Source of the DNA: an uncultured delta proteobacterium
GTDB lineage: Bacteria > Desulfobacterota > Syntrophobacteria > BM002
Length of the DNA stretch: 64,000 nucleotides
Direction of reading: 5' to 3'
Assembly: GCA_963712115.1 (NCBI GenBank)
Contig: CAVQGX010000031.1
Span: forward strand, 256,001 to 320,000
A program made the position numbers and the translations under genes. Below, piece by piece: positions 10,035 to 18,259 of the stretch (position 1 is its first letter; each line of letters begins with the position of its first letter). The notes under the pieces were generated by a model. The model searched no databases, was not told the DNA's origin, and saw only the letters and a program-made list of their open reading frames with translations.

Positions 10035-10534
10035 CTCCTATCCTCCTCATTGCCGTCAATGCTCTCCTATCTGCTTCGATTAAAATATTTCTAAGTTTAC
10101 TGGCAGCGAGAAGGAGAGAGAACCGCAGTATGAGTTTAGCCATTCTCTGCAGCGCCGGGATGGTGTTAAAAATACGAAACGGCAGATAGTGTGGAATGGA
10201 TTTTTGGAAAGTTCAATCTCTGATCTAAGCAACCTCCGGCAAGGCGGGCAAACATATGCGCTCTGGTGTGCATTGCTGCACACTTCTGCGTATAAAATAG
10301 TATCCCCCAACCTCGATCCCTTGAAAGATCGAAAGCGAGTTCAGACCTATTATCTCTCTGCTCAGGCGATGAACTAAGCCGTCTGGTTCAGCCTGGTGAA
10401 ATCAGCTTATGCTTTGTGCAAGACTTTCAATTTCACCAAATAGGGGTCAGCGTTGGCCTCATATCCTTCGAGCCGAAGCTGACCCCATGGCTGTCTTATC
10501 CTGGCAAATTGAGAAAATAGATCCAGGAAGGTAT

Positions 10535-11122
10535 TTATCGAACCTGGAACTGCGCCCGTCGGTTCTTCCACCAACAGGACTCTGCATGGTCCATGCATAG
10601 GGGTTGCTCTTCACCATAGGAAATAGTGGTGATTCGACTCTCCGCCACCCCCGACTTGACTAAATAAGTCTTCGCACTATTGGCGCGTCGGTCACCCAAA
10701 GCAAGGTTATACTCGTTGGTTCCTCGCTCGTCGCAGTGTCCCTCAACCAGGACACGCACTTCGGGATGCTCGCGCAGGTATGCCGCTTTCTCATCCAGAA
10801 TCATCATGGCCTTTGGGGTGAGAACGTATTTATCAAAGTCAAAGTGGATGTTTTCTTCCACAAAAGCACGCATCCTGGCATCTTCAGCCATCATGGCCGC
10901 CTCTTGGCGCTGTCTGTCTGCCTCGCTCATCTTGGCCATTTCTGCCGCCCTGCGAGCTGCTTCAGCCTCAGCGGCCTGCTGTGCTGCTGCGTCCTCTACA
11001 ACCCTCTCCTCTTCCATGGGTTCGGCTTCCATTGTCACCTTTTTCTTGGCGCATGAAACACCCAGCACCAAGAGCATCGCCAACATTAATGCTCCCAAAA
11101 TCCACGCTCTGCTCTTTCGCAT
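10535..11122 (-). CDS. pal: Peptidoglycan-associated lipoprotein Pal
   Basis: Lipobox GVSC; OmpA-like domain IHFDFDK...EGHCDERGTNEYNLALGDRRA...KNRRA. Confidence 0.96.
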   Translation of the reverse strand: MRKSRAWILGALMLAMLLVLGVSCAKKKVTMEAEPMEEERVVEDAAAQQAAEAEAARRAAEMAKMSEADRQRQEAAMMAEDARMRAFVEENIHFDFDKYVLTPKAMMILDEKAAYLREHPEVRVLVEGHCDERGTNEYNLALGDRRANSAKTYLVKSGVAESRITTISYGEEQPLCMDHAESCWWKNRRAQFQVR

Positions 11123-11209
11123 GCCTCCCTAACCTCCTCTCCTTGTCAACGGTTTTTAATGCCCAATGCAAAAACCTAACCAAATTCAACCTAATGAGCG
11201 GCTGGACTA

Positions 11210-11389
11210 GTCCGGATATTTGATGAATCACCTGCTGCGACCACGGATATGGCCGTCCTTCCTGGCGTCCTCAGGTGTCGGCCCCTGCGACGTACCGTTC
11301 AGGTACGCCTCGGGCCCAACACCCTGTGGTTGCCCGGTGGCCCGCCCATCTTCGTGGTCTCGCGACAGCAATTCATTAAATATCCGGAC
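11210..11389 (+). mobile_element. 180-bp MITE-like element, copy 1
   Basis: 19-bp terminal inverted repeats GTCCGGATATTTGATGAAT / ATTCATTAAATATCCGGAC (1 mismatch); homologous inverted copy at 17213-17392. Confidence 0.8.
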
Positions 11390-11441
11390 AAATCTAAAAA
11401 GATTTCAGCCAGCCTTTTTTCCGTTGGGTCCCTTTATACTA

Positions 11442-12791
11442 CTAAGGAGCCGTTCTCGTCAATCGCGGAGACCAGTCCGGCTCTGTGTGGGAGCCACCGA
11501 GACCAAGACGCAACCTCCTCTGGTCCCTACCATTTGCCTGCATAACCCAGAGGGTTTTGGTGCCGTGGCGGTCTGACTGGAAAAGGATCAACCTTCCATC
11601 AGGAGACCAGCATGGATCTTCGTTGTTGCCCTCACCCCCGGTCAGCTGACTCAGTTCTCTACCATCCGGACTTATCATAAAAATATCAAAATTTCCATCA
11701 TGTAGGCCAGCATATAGTATCCGATCCCCCCTGGGGGACCAAGCCGGTGAAGTGTTGTAGTCCCCCTCAAAGGTCAGCCTGGTAGTGGTCTCCTTGTCGA
11801 CATCCAACAAATAAATCTGGGGTTTGCCGGCTCGATTGGAGACAAAGGCGAGCTTGCTGCCATCTGGGGACCAAGACGATGAGACATCAATGGCCCAACT
11901 GAGGGTCAGTTGCTTCAGTATTTGACCCCGTACATCCAAAAGGTAGAGTTCAGGATTTCCAGTAAAGCTCAAGGTGGCGGCCAGCTTGCCTCCATTGGGG
12001 TGGTGAGCAGGGGCGATATTCAAACCTGGTCGCATGCTGATGCGCTCTGTGGCCTTACTAATCAGATCAACTGTGTAAAGATCCGGATTTCCACGCTTAT
12101 AACCCACAAAGGATATTTGCTTTCCGTCCGCTGACCAGTTAGGCGAGAGATTCATACTGCTGCTATTGGTCAGCTGGCGAATATTTGAACCATCAAAATC
12201 AGCCAGGTAGATTTCTTTCTGTCCCGTTGCATCACCAACAAAGGCCAGCTGCGTATGGAATATCCCGAGCTCGCCAGTGAGCTCCAGCATCAACTCGTCT
12301 GCAAATCTAAGAATAGTATCCCTGGCAGACGCTATTGAATTTTCATAAGTCCTACTGAGCAAGAGCTTCTGGTTAATCACGTCAAAAAGATTAATTATCA
12401 GCGCAAACCGCTCCCCCTGAATTCGGTAACTCCCTCGCACCAAAAGATCTGCACCAAGAAATCTCCATTCGGAGAACTTAATTTCCTCTTTTTCGATTCC
12501 CATTTTGTCAGGATCCTGAAGAAATACTGCTGGATCTAAGAGCTGAAACAAGCCGCTGAAAGACAAAGCATTGCTCAATATATCCGCCATATTCTTTGCC
12601 AAGGGCTGGTTTGCAACATCACCTGCCTCATAGCGAAAAGCTGGTACGGCTATGGGAATCTTTTCTTGCAGGGGTGAGTTGATATCGATGTAAATCCGGC
12701 CTCCAGCGGGTCTGACCTGGAAGATGGTGAGAAAAAGGATCAATAAACCAAGAAGACTTATAGGTCGGTTGCGAAAATAGCGAAAATTCAT
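11442..12791 (-). CDS. tolB: Tol-Pal beta-propeller protein TolB
   Basis: TolB_N (PIAVPAF...LSFSGLF) plus PD40 repeats; between tolA and pal. Confidence 0.95.
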   Translation of the reverse strand: MNFRYFRNRPISLLGLLILFLTIFQVRPAGGRIYIDINSPLQEKIPIAVPAFRYEAGDVANQPLAKNMADILSNALSFSGLFQLLDPAVFLQDPDKMGIEKEEIKFSEWRFLGADLLVRGSYRIQGERFALIINLFDVINQKLLLSRTYENSIASARDTILRFADELMLELTGELGIFHTQLAFVGDATGQKEIYLADFDGSNIRQLTNSSSMNLSPNWSADGKQISFVGYKRGNPDLYTVDLISKATERISMRPGLNIAPAHHPNGGKLAATLSFTGNPELYLLDVRGQILKQLTLSWAIDVSSSWSPDGSKLAFVSNRAGKPQIYLLDVDKETTTRLTFEGDYNTSPAWSPRGDRILYAGLHDGNFDIFMISPDGRELSQLTGGEGNNEDPCWSPDGRLILFQSDRHGTKTLWVMQANGRDQRRLRLGLGGSHTEPDWSPRLTRTAP

Positions 12792-12795
12792 GGTC

Positions 12796-13620
12796 TTAGG
12801 AGCTCACTTTTTCAGGTGCAAACCGGATGACGATCTCTTCTTCCTTGGGGCTGTAGATGTCAGGGAAAGGCGGAAATGGCTTAGATTTGAGAACGGCCTT
12901 CAGCACCGAGTCATCGAAGTAAGAATCCCCAGACTTCTGTTCAAATTGAATATCGAATACGGTGCCATCTCTGCGAACTCGAACAACCACCACTGCCTCG
13001 AGCTTGCCTTGTCCCCGACTCAACCGCTCGGGAAGCGCCCAATTGCTTTCAATTTTCTCGTTTACCAGGGCCCGGTAGAGCATTAAGGCCTGACTGAGTT
13101 CACCCCCTTTCATCTCACCAACCTTCACTAGAGAGACTGTCTTTTTACTCGCTCCAGGCTGTCGTTCCGGCTCTTCGTTTATTGCCGACACCTCTGCTTG
13201 AGCTGGGGGTGGGCGGCGCTCAATTTTGCTCAAAACCTCTTCAGCCAGCTTTACTTCTTCCGGTTCGCTCACAACCGCTGAAGTACGCTGTTTCTTTTTC
13301 AAGGACAAAGATTCTTCTCTAGGGCTGAAACGTTTGATAGGGATGGCTTGGTTGCGAGCAACTGCTCTTGTCTTGCGGCCAAAAGCTGGATATTTTTTTG
13401 TTTTGGCCTCAGGTAGACTCACCAGTTCCACCGAATAGACGGGTGCTAGAGGAAATTTGCTTCTGGAAAAACCCCACTCGCTCAAGGCAACCAACACCAC
13501 TCCGCCATGCAGGACTAACGAACAAGCCAGCATTACAAACATAAGTTTTTTATCGGAATAAGTCCGCAATCTGGTGCGGTAAACCGCATCTGCAATCATG
13601 ATTGACTCTTGGAAAGTCAA
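12796..13620 (-). CDS. tolA: TolA/TonB-family energy transducer (start may be ATG 13599)
   Basis: TM helix with SLVLH motif; TonB_C domain (IESNW..P...SGDSYFDDSVLKAV..SKPFPPFP); tolQR-tolB context. Confidence 0.85.
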   Translation of the reverse strand: MTFQESIMIADAVYRTRLRTYSDKKLMFVMLACSLVLHGGVVLVALSEWGFSRSKFPLAPVYSVELVSLPEAKTKKYPAFGRKTRAVARNQAIPIKRFSPREESLSLKKKQRTSAVVSEPEEVKLAEEVLSKIERRPPPAQAEVSAINEEPERQPGASKKTVSLVKVGEMKGGELSQALMLYRALVNEKIESNWALPERLSRGQGKLEAVVVVRVRRDGTVFDIQFEQKSGDSYFDDSVLKAVLKSKPFPPFPDIYSPKEEEIVIRFAPEKVSS

Positions 13621-13624
13621 GAAT

Positions 13625-13682
13625 TAGACGGCAGAGTAAATCCGCCTGCGGCGGACAGATGGACTTTTTACTAATCCGTCAA
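13625..13682. repeat. Short inverted-repeat element with nested TCCGCC-NNN-GGCGGA hairpin
   Basis: TAGACGGCAGAGTAAA ... TTTACTAATCCGTCAA arms; inner TCCGCCTGCGGCGGA at 13641-13655, same hairpin type as 18213-18227. Confidence 0.6.
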
Positions 13683-14096
13683 TCACTTCATCTCTACCAA
13701 CGGTTCAGTGACCATCCCTATGCTTTTCATGCCGCTCTGCCGCAACGCCGCCATCACTTCCATGACGAATCCATAGGGTAGGGCCTCGTCAGCACGGAGG
13801 AACACAGCCCTATCTGGACGGTTCTGATAGATTGTTTCTAGTTTTCTCTGCAATGTGTCCAGGGAGATCTTGTATTCGTTCAAGTATATTTCTCGCTTTC
13901 CTGTAATAGAGATCACTAACCGCTCTTCTTCAGCGGCGATTGGCTGAGTCGTAGTATGTGGCAGATTAACATCTACACCTTGCATCATCATGGGCGCAGT
14001 CACCATGAAGATGATGAGAAGCACCAACATTACATCAACAAAGGGTGTAACGTTTATTTCAGACATCAACCTGCGGCTGCCACGGTTTAGTTCCAT
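13683..14096 (-). CDS. tolR: TolR
   Basis: MSEINVTPFVDVMLVLLIIFMVTAP motif; ATG start MELNRG at 14096 preferred over GTG 14123. Confidence 0.95.
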   Translation of the reverse strand: MELNRGSRRLMSEINVTPFVDVMLVLLIIFMVTAPMMMQGVDVNLPHTTTQPIAAEEERLVISITGKREIYLNEYKISLDTLQRKLETIYQNRPDRAVFLRADEALPYGFVMEVMAALRQSGMKSIGMVTEPLVEMK

Positions 14097-14113
14097 TAGA
14101 CATCCTTGGATTA

Positions 14114-14188
14114 AAGTCACCACACTTCGCGCAGGTGCGCTTCGTTGTTACTCATAGTCATTTGGCCACTAAAAGTGGCCTAATGACC
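14114..14188. repeat. GTCATT/AATGAC mini-hairpin array, locus 1 (short)
   Basis: AAGTCACCACACTTCGCGCAGGTGCGCTTCGTTGTTACT (near-copy of 15176-15214), then GTCATT-TGGCCACTAAAAGTGGCCT-AATGAC. Confidence 0.65.
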
Positions 14189-14194
14189 CTCAAC

Positions 14195-15007
14195 TCAATC
14201 GTCAATCTCCACGCTGTCTGCTGCCGGCTGCTCGCTGTGCCCCATTCGGCCGGCCCGTCTTACCATATCTCTCTTGACGATATTTAGAAAATCATTGGAG
14301 AAATTGACCATTTCCGTCTCTTGGTTGCGCACCTTGTTGGTAAAATGGTTATAGGCCACTACGGCAGGAATGGCTGCAGCCAGACCGGCAGCAGTAGCTA
14401 TGAGCGCCTCGGAAATACCAGGGGCCACAACAGCCAAAGTTGCCGATCCTTTTAGGCCAATGCCTTGAAAGGCAACCATTATACCCCACACCGTACCAAA
14501 AAGGCCGATAAATGGGGCAGCATTTCCCGTAGTGGCCAACAATGACAGGGCTTTCTCCAGTCTTTGCAGTTCACCATTTACAGCACTGCGCAGAGCGCGC
14601 TCCATATTGTCGATCCATACCATCTGCAGCTCGAGATCACCGGGATTATCACTTTTTTCACGATCACTTGATTTGCTCAGCCGGCCGAGCTCCATGTAGC
14701 CCACCCGGAAGATCTCGGCTAGGGGGCTGTCCACCATTTTCTTTGCTTCGCGAAATACCGCAACCAGACTCTTGCTGTTCCAAAATAGATTGAGAAAGCG
14801 AGAGCTCTCTTTGGAAACTCTCCTGAATAGTCGATGTTTTAGGAAAATAGTGGCCCAACAAGCGATTGAAAGTAGAACCAGTATTATCAGCACCAGTTTT
14901 ACTACCGTTCCGGCACCGAATACCATATGAATGATGCTACTACCGGGATTGCCGCCAGCAGGAGCGGCCCATGCTGTTGATACTGCCGCAAGCATCAACG
15001 ATTTCAT
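14195..15007 (-). CDS. tolQ: TolQ
   Basis: MotA/TolQ/ExbB motif LATTGNAAPFIGLFGTVWGIM...VAPGISEALIATAAGL; RBS GGAGG. Confidence 0.95.
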   Translation of the reverse strand: MKSLMLAAVSTAWAAPAGGNPGSSIIHMVFGAGTVVKLVLIILVLLSIACWATIFLKHRLFRRVSKESSRFLNLFWNSKSLVAVFREAKKMVDSPLAEIFRVGYMELGRLSKSSDREKSDNPGDLELQMVWIDNMERALRSAVNGELQRLEKALSLLATTGNAAPFIGLFGTVWGIMVAFQGIGLKGSATLAVVAPGISEALIATAAGLAAAIPAVVAYNHFTNKVRNQETEMVNFSNDFLNIVKRDMVRRAGRMGHSEQPAADSVEIDD

Positions 15008-15175
15008 CTTTTGTAGTCCTCCCCCCTTTTTACATTAAGACACGGATGATCTATAAGGGTTCCCGTTACATCAGCCCACGACTGCTACAGGTAAGTTCCT
15101 TTGGAGATTCTTCCATCAATAGACACTAAGCACTTATTTCAACTAGGCACTAGGAACTATGCACTAGGCACCTGT

Positions 15176-15314
15176 AAGTCATTACACTTCGCGCTTGCGC
15201 GCTTCGTTGTCACTTGGGCTGGCGCCCGTCATTTATGGTCACTCATTGTTTAAAGACAATAAATGACAGCGAAGCATAGTGACGGCGAAGCCGAATGACG
15301 CGAAGCAAATGACC
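15176..15314. repeat. GTCATT/AATGAC mini-hairpin array, locus 2
   Basis: Left arm GTCA(T/C)T at 15178, 15209, 15228, 15238; right arm A(A/G)TGAC at 15262, 15278, 15294, 15308 separated by GCGAAGC-type hairpins; preceded by CACTAGG heptamers at 15124-15170. Confidence 0.8.
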
Positions 15315-15420
15315 TCACTACCTTCTGCCCTTTGTACTTTCCTCTCTATGTCCGGCCTGGTCTCCATGGTTCAGAGTCTTTACCTTGAGAATACCTGATT
15401 TGTCCCCGCCAATCCTTCGC

Positions 15421-15449
15421 TTGAATCACACCTCACATCCTGCTAAAAT
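15421..15449 (+). promoter_or_regulatory. sigma70 promoter candidate for the DjlA-like gene
   Basis: TTGAAT-17 bp-TAAAAT with extended TG. Confidence 0.45.
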
Positions 15450-15485
15450 CCCCTTTGATTTCAAAGGCTTCAAATTTTCTTGCGC

Positions 15486-15514
15486 AAGCTAACATCGCCT
15501 CGAGACAGTGTCAA
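15486..15514 (-). promoter_or_regulatory. sigma70 promoter candidate for the tol-pal operon
   Basis: Minus strand TTGACA-17 bp-TAGCTT with extended TG. Confidence 0.5.
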
Positions 15515-15562
15515 GCAAATTTGACCTTAGCTTTTCATTATACACTGGCTTAAGAAAACTAA

Positions 15563-15849
15563 ACCACAATGTCCACAAAGGGAATAGCGCAGAGCGCATA
15601 AAGAGGAGTTAGAAGTCAGGAGTCAGAATCCAGGAGGCAAAGAGCATGGGGCATGGAGCTTCACAGTTGGAGGTAAGAGGACCTCTCAGCAGGCTTCGCT
15701 CAAGGTTTGATGCAAAGAGATCTTCAGCAATTCTCTGCCTCAAACCTACAACCTCAATCCTCTAACTGCATTTCAATGCCTTGTGCCTTGCGCCCTATGC
15801 CTCGTGCCATTAATTCTATGCGCTCTGCGTTTAGTGTTTCCTCTGTGGT
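15563..15849. repeat. Nested inverted short-tandem-repeat structure
   Basis: Four concentric arm pairs, e.g. AGCGCAGAGCGCATA (15586) / TATGCGCTCTGCGTT (15817). Confidence 0.7.
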
Positions 15850-15897
15850 AAAATCTTCCTACTGTAAACAGGAGTTTTTTAGGATTCGAGGTTACTA

Positions 15898-16629
15898 ATG
15901 AAAGGTTGGTCGAAGGCAGTGGGTGCCGGCCTGGGATATGTAGTTGGGGGCCCTATCGGCGCGGTGCTCGGCTATATGGCAGGCCACAAGTTGGCCCCCA
16001 AACTTAAGGCTCAAGAGGGTCATCTACTTATAGCTAACCTCCTGGGGTTTACCACTCTCTTGTTAAAAGAAAGCCTCACTCCGCCTTCCGAGGAGCGGAG
16101 AGAAACCGTGCTTTTTTTATCTAGACTTTTCAGATTTGATAGGGAAGACGAACAGCTGGCGGATGAACTTCTTCAGAGACTGTTAGAAGTGGAACTGGAT
16201 ATTCTTGCCATGGCAAAAACTTTTAAGGGCCACTCCGATACCCAGATGCGCGAGCGTCTCATGGAAATCCTGGCAACCCTCTCTTTACTCATTAACGGTC
16301 CCCTAGAAATAGGGCAACTTGCGCTTTTAGACGAAATTGCCGAGGCCTTGAACCTGACCCCGGCTCATTGGCAGACTATAAAATCCCGCTATCGGGGCCC
16401 ATCACCCCAACTAGATACACCCTTTTGTTATGCTATACTCGAGCTTTTCCCCGAATCCTCGGAAGAGGAAATCAGAGCCGCCTATCGCCGACTGGCAAAA
16501 AAGTACCATCCCGATCGCTTTGCCTTTAAGGAGCAAGCCACACAGCGGCGACATGCCGAGAGGATGACCCTCATCAATGCGGCCTATGAGACCATCCGGG
16601 CAGATAGGGGCCTCAGGCATAGGGCATAG
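15898..16629 (+). CDS. DjlA-like co-chaperone (TM, TerB-like, J domain)
   Basis: GAGLGYVVGGPIGAVLG N-terminal anchor; J domain EIRAAYRRLAKKYHPD...INAAYE. Confidence 0.85.
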   Translation: MKGWSKAVGAGLGYVVGGPIGAVLGYMAGHKLAPKLKAQEGHLLIANLLGFTTLLLKESLTPPSEERRETVLFLSRLFRFDREDEQLADELLQRLLEVELDILAMAKTFKGHSDTQMRERLMEILATLSLLINGPLEIGQLALLDEIAEALNLTPAHWQTIKSRYRGPSPQLDTPFCYAILELFPESSEEEIRAAYRRLAKKYHPDRFAFKEQATQRRHAERMTLINAAYETIRADRGLRHRA

Positions 16630-16899
16630 CGTAAAGCGCACCGCGCTTCGCGTTGCGAGACGGGATGTCGAGCTAAAAAATATTTAATCTTTCCCGTCTC
16701 GCTCGTCTCGCCCGACCTCATGTCTCGCTTTACTTCAGGCCCCATGCCCTGTCACAAATCACTGGTCCTTTTGTAAGAGCCGGGTTATAATAGCTTGTTA
16801 ATTTTATCTCAAACTAAATGTTTGCGCTTGTCCGTTGGACGAGCGCTTTATGTTACCAAATAGTTGCAAATTTACTTCATGAATTACAGCTGAGGAGAG

Positions 16900-17181
16900 A
16901 TGAAGATGAGCGACACTTCCAAGGATACGGACTCTGCGGCACTCGGTGCCTTTTACGCTTACCTCGAAGATGGCCAACTGGTCATGGAGCCCTACTGTTC
17001 ATGTGGTAATCTACTTGACGAGTATTACAATTGCGAGAAGTGCAAGAGATACTGTCGTTGCACCGACATTTTGTGCGAGGATCAGGCCACTTTGAATCTG
17101 GTGGAGAAGTACATCCGCACCAGTCCCAGACTCCGCAATTTCAATGCCATGCTCGGCAAGAGAAAATCCACTGAAGATTAA
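16900..17181 (+). CDS. Cys-rich hypothetical protein (putative metal binding)
   Basis: 93 aa; RBS GAGGAG; 7 Cys in PYCSCGNLLDEYYNCEKCKRYCRCTDILC. Confidence 0.7.
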   Translation: MKMSDTSKDTDSAALGAFYAYLEDGQLVMEPYCSCGNLLDEYYNCEKCKRYCRCTDILCEDQATLNLVEKYIRTSPRLRNFNAMLGKRKSTED

Positions 17182-17212
17182 GCGGTCACCCCAGCGGTGG
17201 CTCAAGCCTTTA

Positions 17213-17392
17213 GCCCGGATGTTTCATGAATTGCTGTCACGAGACCACGAAGATGGGCGTGCCACCGGGCAACCGCAGGGTGGGGGTCCCGAGACCTACC
17301 TGAATGGTACGTCGCAGGGACCGACACCCGAGGACGCACGGAAGGACGGCCATATCCGTGGTCGTAGTAAGCGATTCATGAAACATCCGGGT
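17213..17392 (-). mobile_element. 180-bp MITE-like element, copy 2 (inverted relative to copy 1)
   Basis: Perfect 18-bp TIR CCCGGATGTTTCATGAAT; body is the reverse complement of 11210-11389 (both yield the spurious peptide LLRPRIWPSF.ASSGVGPCDVPFR). Confidence 0.8.
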
Positions 17393-17439
17393 TCGACTAT
17401 CTGAATTAAAAAACCAGACAGGAAAAAAGAGACTTGCTT

Positions 17440-18144
17440 ATGAGCGAGAACCCAAAGACACTGGATCTTGAAGACACCTTTCACTTCAGTTGTAACCCTG
17501 GGATTGATTGTTTTACCCAGTGCTGCCAGGATGTGAACATTCTGCTCACACCTTACGACATTATCCAGATGAAGAATCGTCTGGGAATTTCCAGCACTGA
17601 GTTCCTCGAGAAATACACCAAAAGACTATTAGCACCAAACACCTTCCTCCCGGCTGTTCAATTCAAAATGGACGAAGAAAATAAGAAAAGGTGCTACTTC
17701 GTGGGAGAGAAGGGTTGTGGGGTATATGAGCAACGTCCCTGGTCTTGCCGGATGTACCCCATGGATAATAGTGCAGATGGGACAGGTTTTGCGCCCATAG
17801 TTGACTCAAGCCGTTGTCTGGGCCTCAATGATGATAAAGTCTGGCGATTGCGAGACTGGTTTGAAGATCAGGGTCTTCAACCATATGATGAGTGGAACCA
17901 GCGATTTGCAGAACTCACTGAAGACGAAGATCTGACAAGATGGAGAAAAGAATATCCTGGGGGTGTGGACATCTTCTATCTTGCTTGCTACGACATGGAT
18001 CGCTTCAGAGAGCAGGTTTTCAAGGAAAAACTTTTCGAAATGGTAGAAGAGGTTCCAGTTGATCAGGATAAATTGAAAACCGACGATCTTGCCCTCTTGG
18101 AATTTGCCTTCACCTGGCTGAAAACTGTGGCTCGACTAAAATGA
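17440..18144 (+). CDS. YkgJ family cysteine-cluster protein (paralogue 1)
   Basis: F.C.PGI.CFTQCC...LTPYD...C.F....C.VY..RP..CR.YP motif. Confidence 0.88.
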   Translation: MSENPKTLDLEDTFHFSCNPGIDCFTQCCQDVNILLTPYDIIQMKNRLGISSTEFLEKYTKRLLAPNTFLPAVQFKMDEENKKRCYFVGEKGCGVYEQRPWSCRMYPMDNSADGTGFAPIVDSSRCLGLNDDKVWRLRDWFEDQGLQPYDEWNQRFAELTEDEDLTRWRKEYPGGVDIFYLACYDMDRFREQVFKEKLFEMVEEVPVDQDKLKTDDLALLEFAFTWLKTVARLK

Positions 18145-18238
18145 GCTAAAGTGCCTAAAGTGTCTAGAATGCCTAAAATGTCTAAAGTCATTATAAAGTA
18201 GGTCGGGTGGTTTCCGCCTCCGGCGGAGTTCACCCGAC
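18145..18238. repeat. 9-bp tandem repeat followed by GTAG-type REP hairpin
   Basis: CTAAAGTGC-like unit x5 (18147-18187); GTAG-GTCGGGTG...CACCCGAC (18198-18238) with nested TCCGCCTCCGGCGGA. Confidence 0.65.
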
Positions 18239-18259
18239 AACGATTACTAAGGCAAACCA

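Noticed and set aside
11220-11576. ORFs 11220-11576, 17144-17404 and 17296-17484 with shared peptide sequence
   Set aside because: The similarity comes from the non-coding 180-bp repeat; these are not genes.
15707-15898. Short ORFs over heptamer arrays (15707-15898, 20028-20210, 56649-56894, 18063-18260)
   Set aside because: Low-complexity translations of tandem repeats (PCALRPMP, RSEVRGQ); not credible genes.
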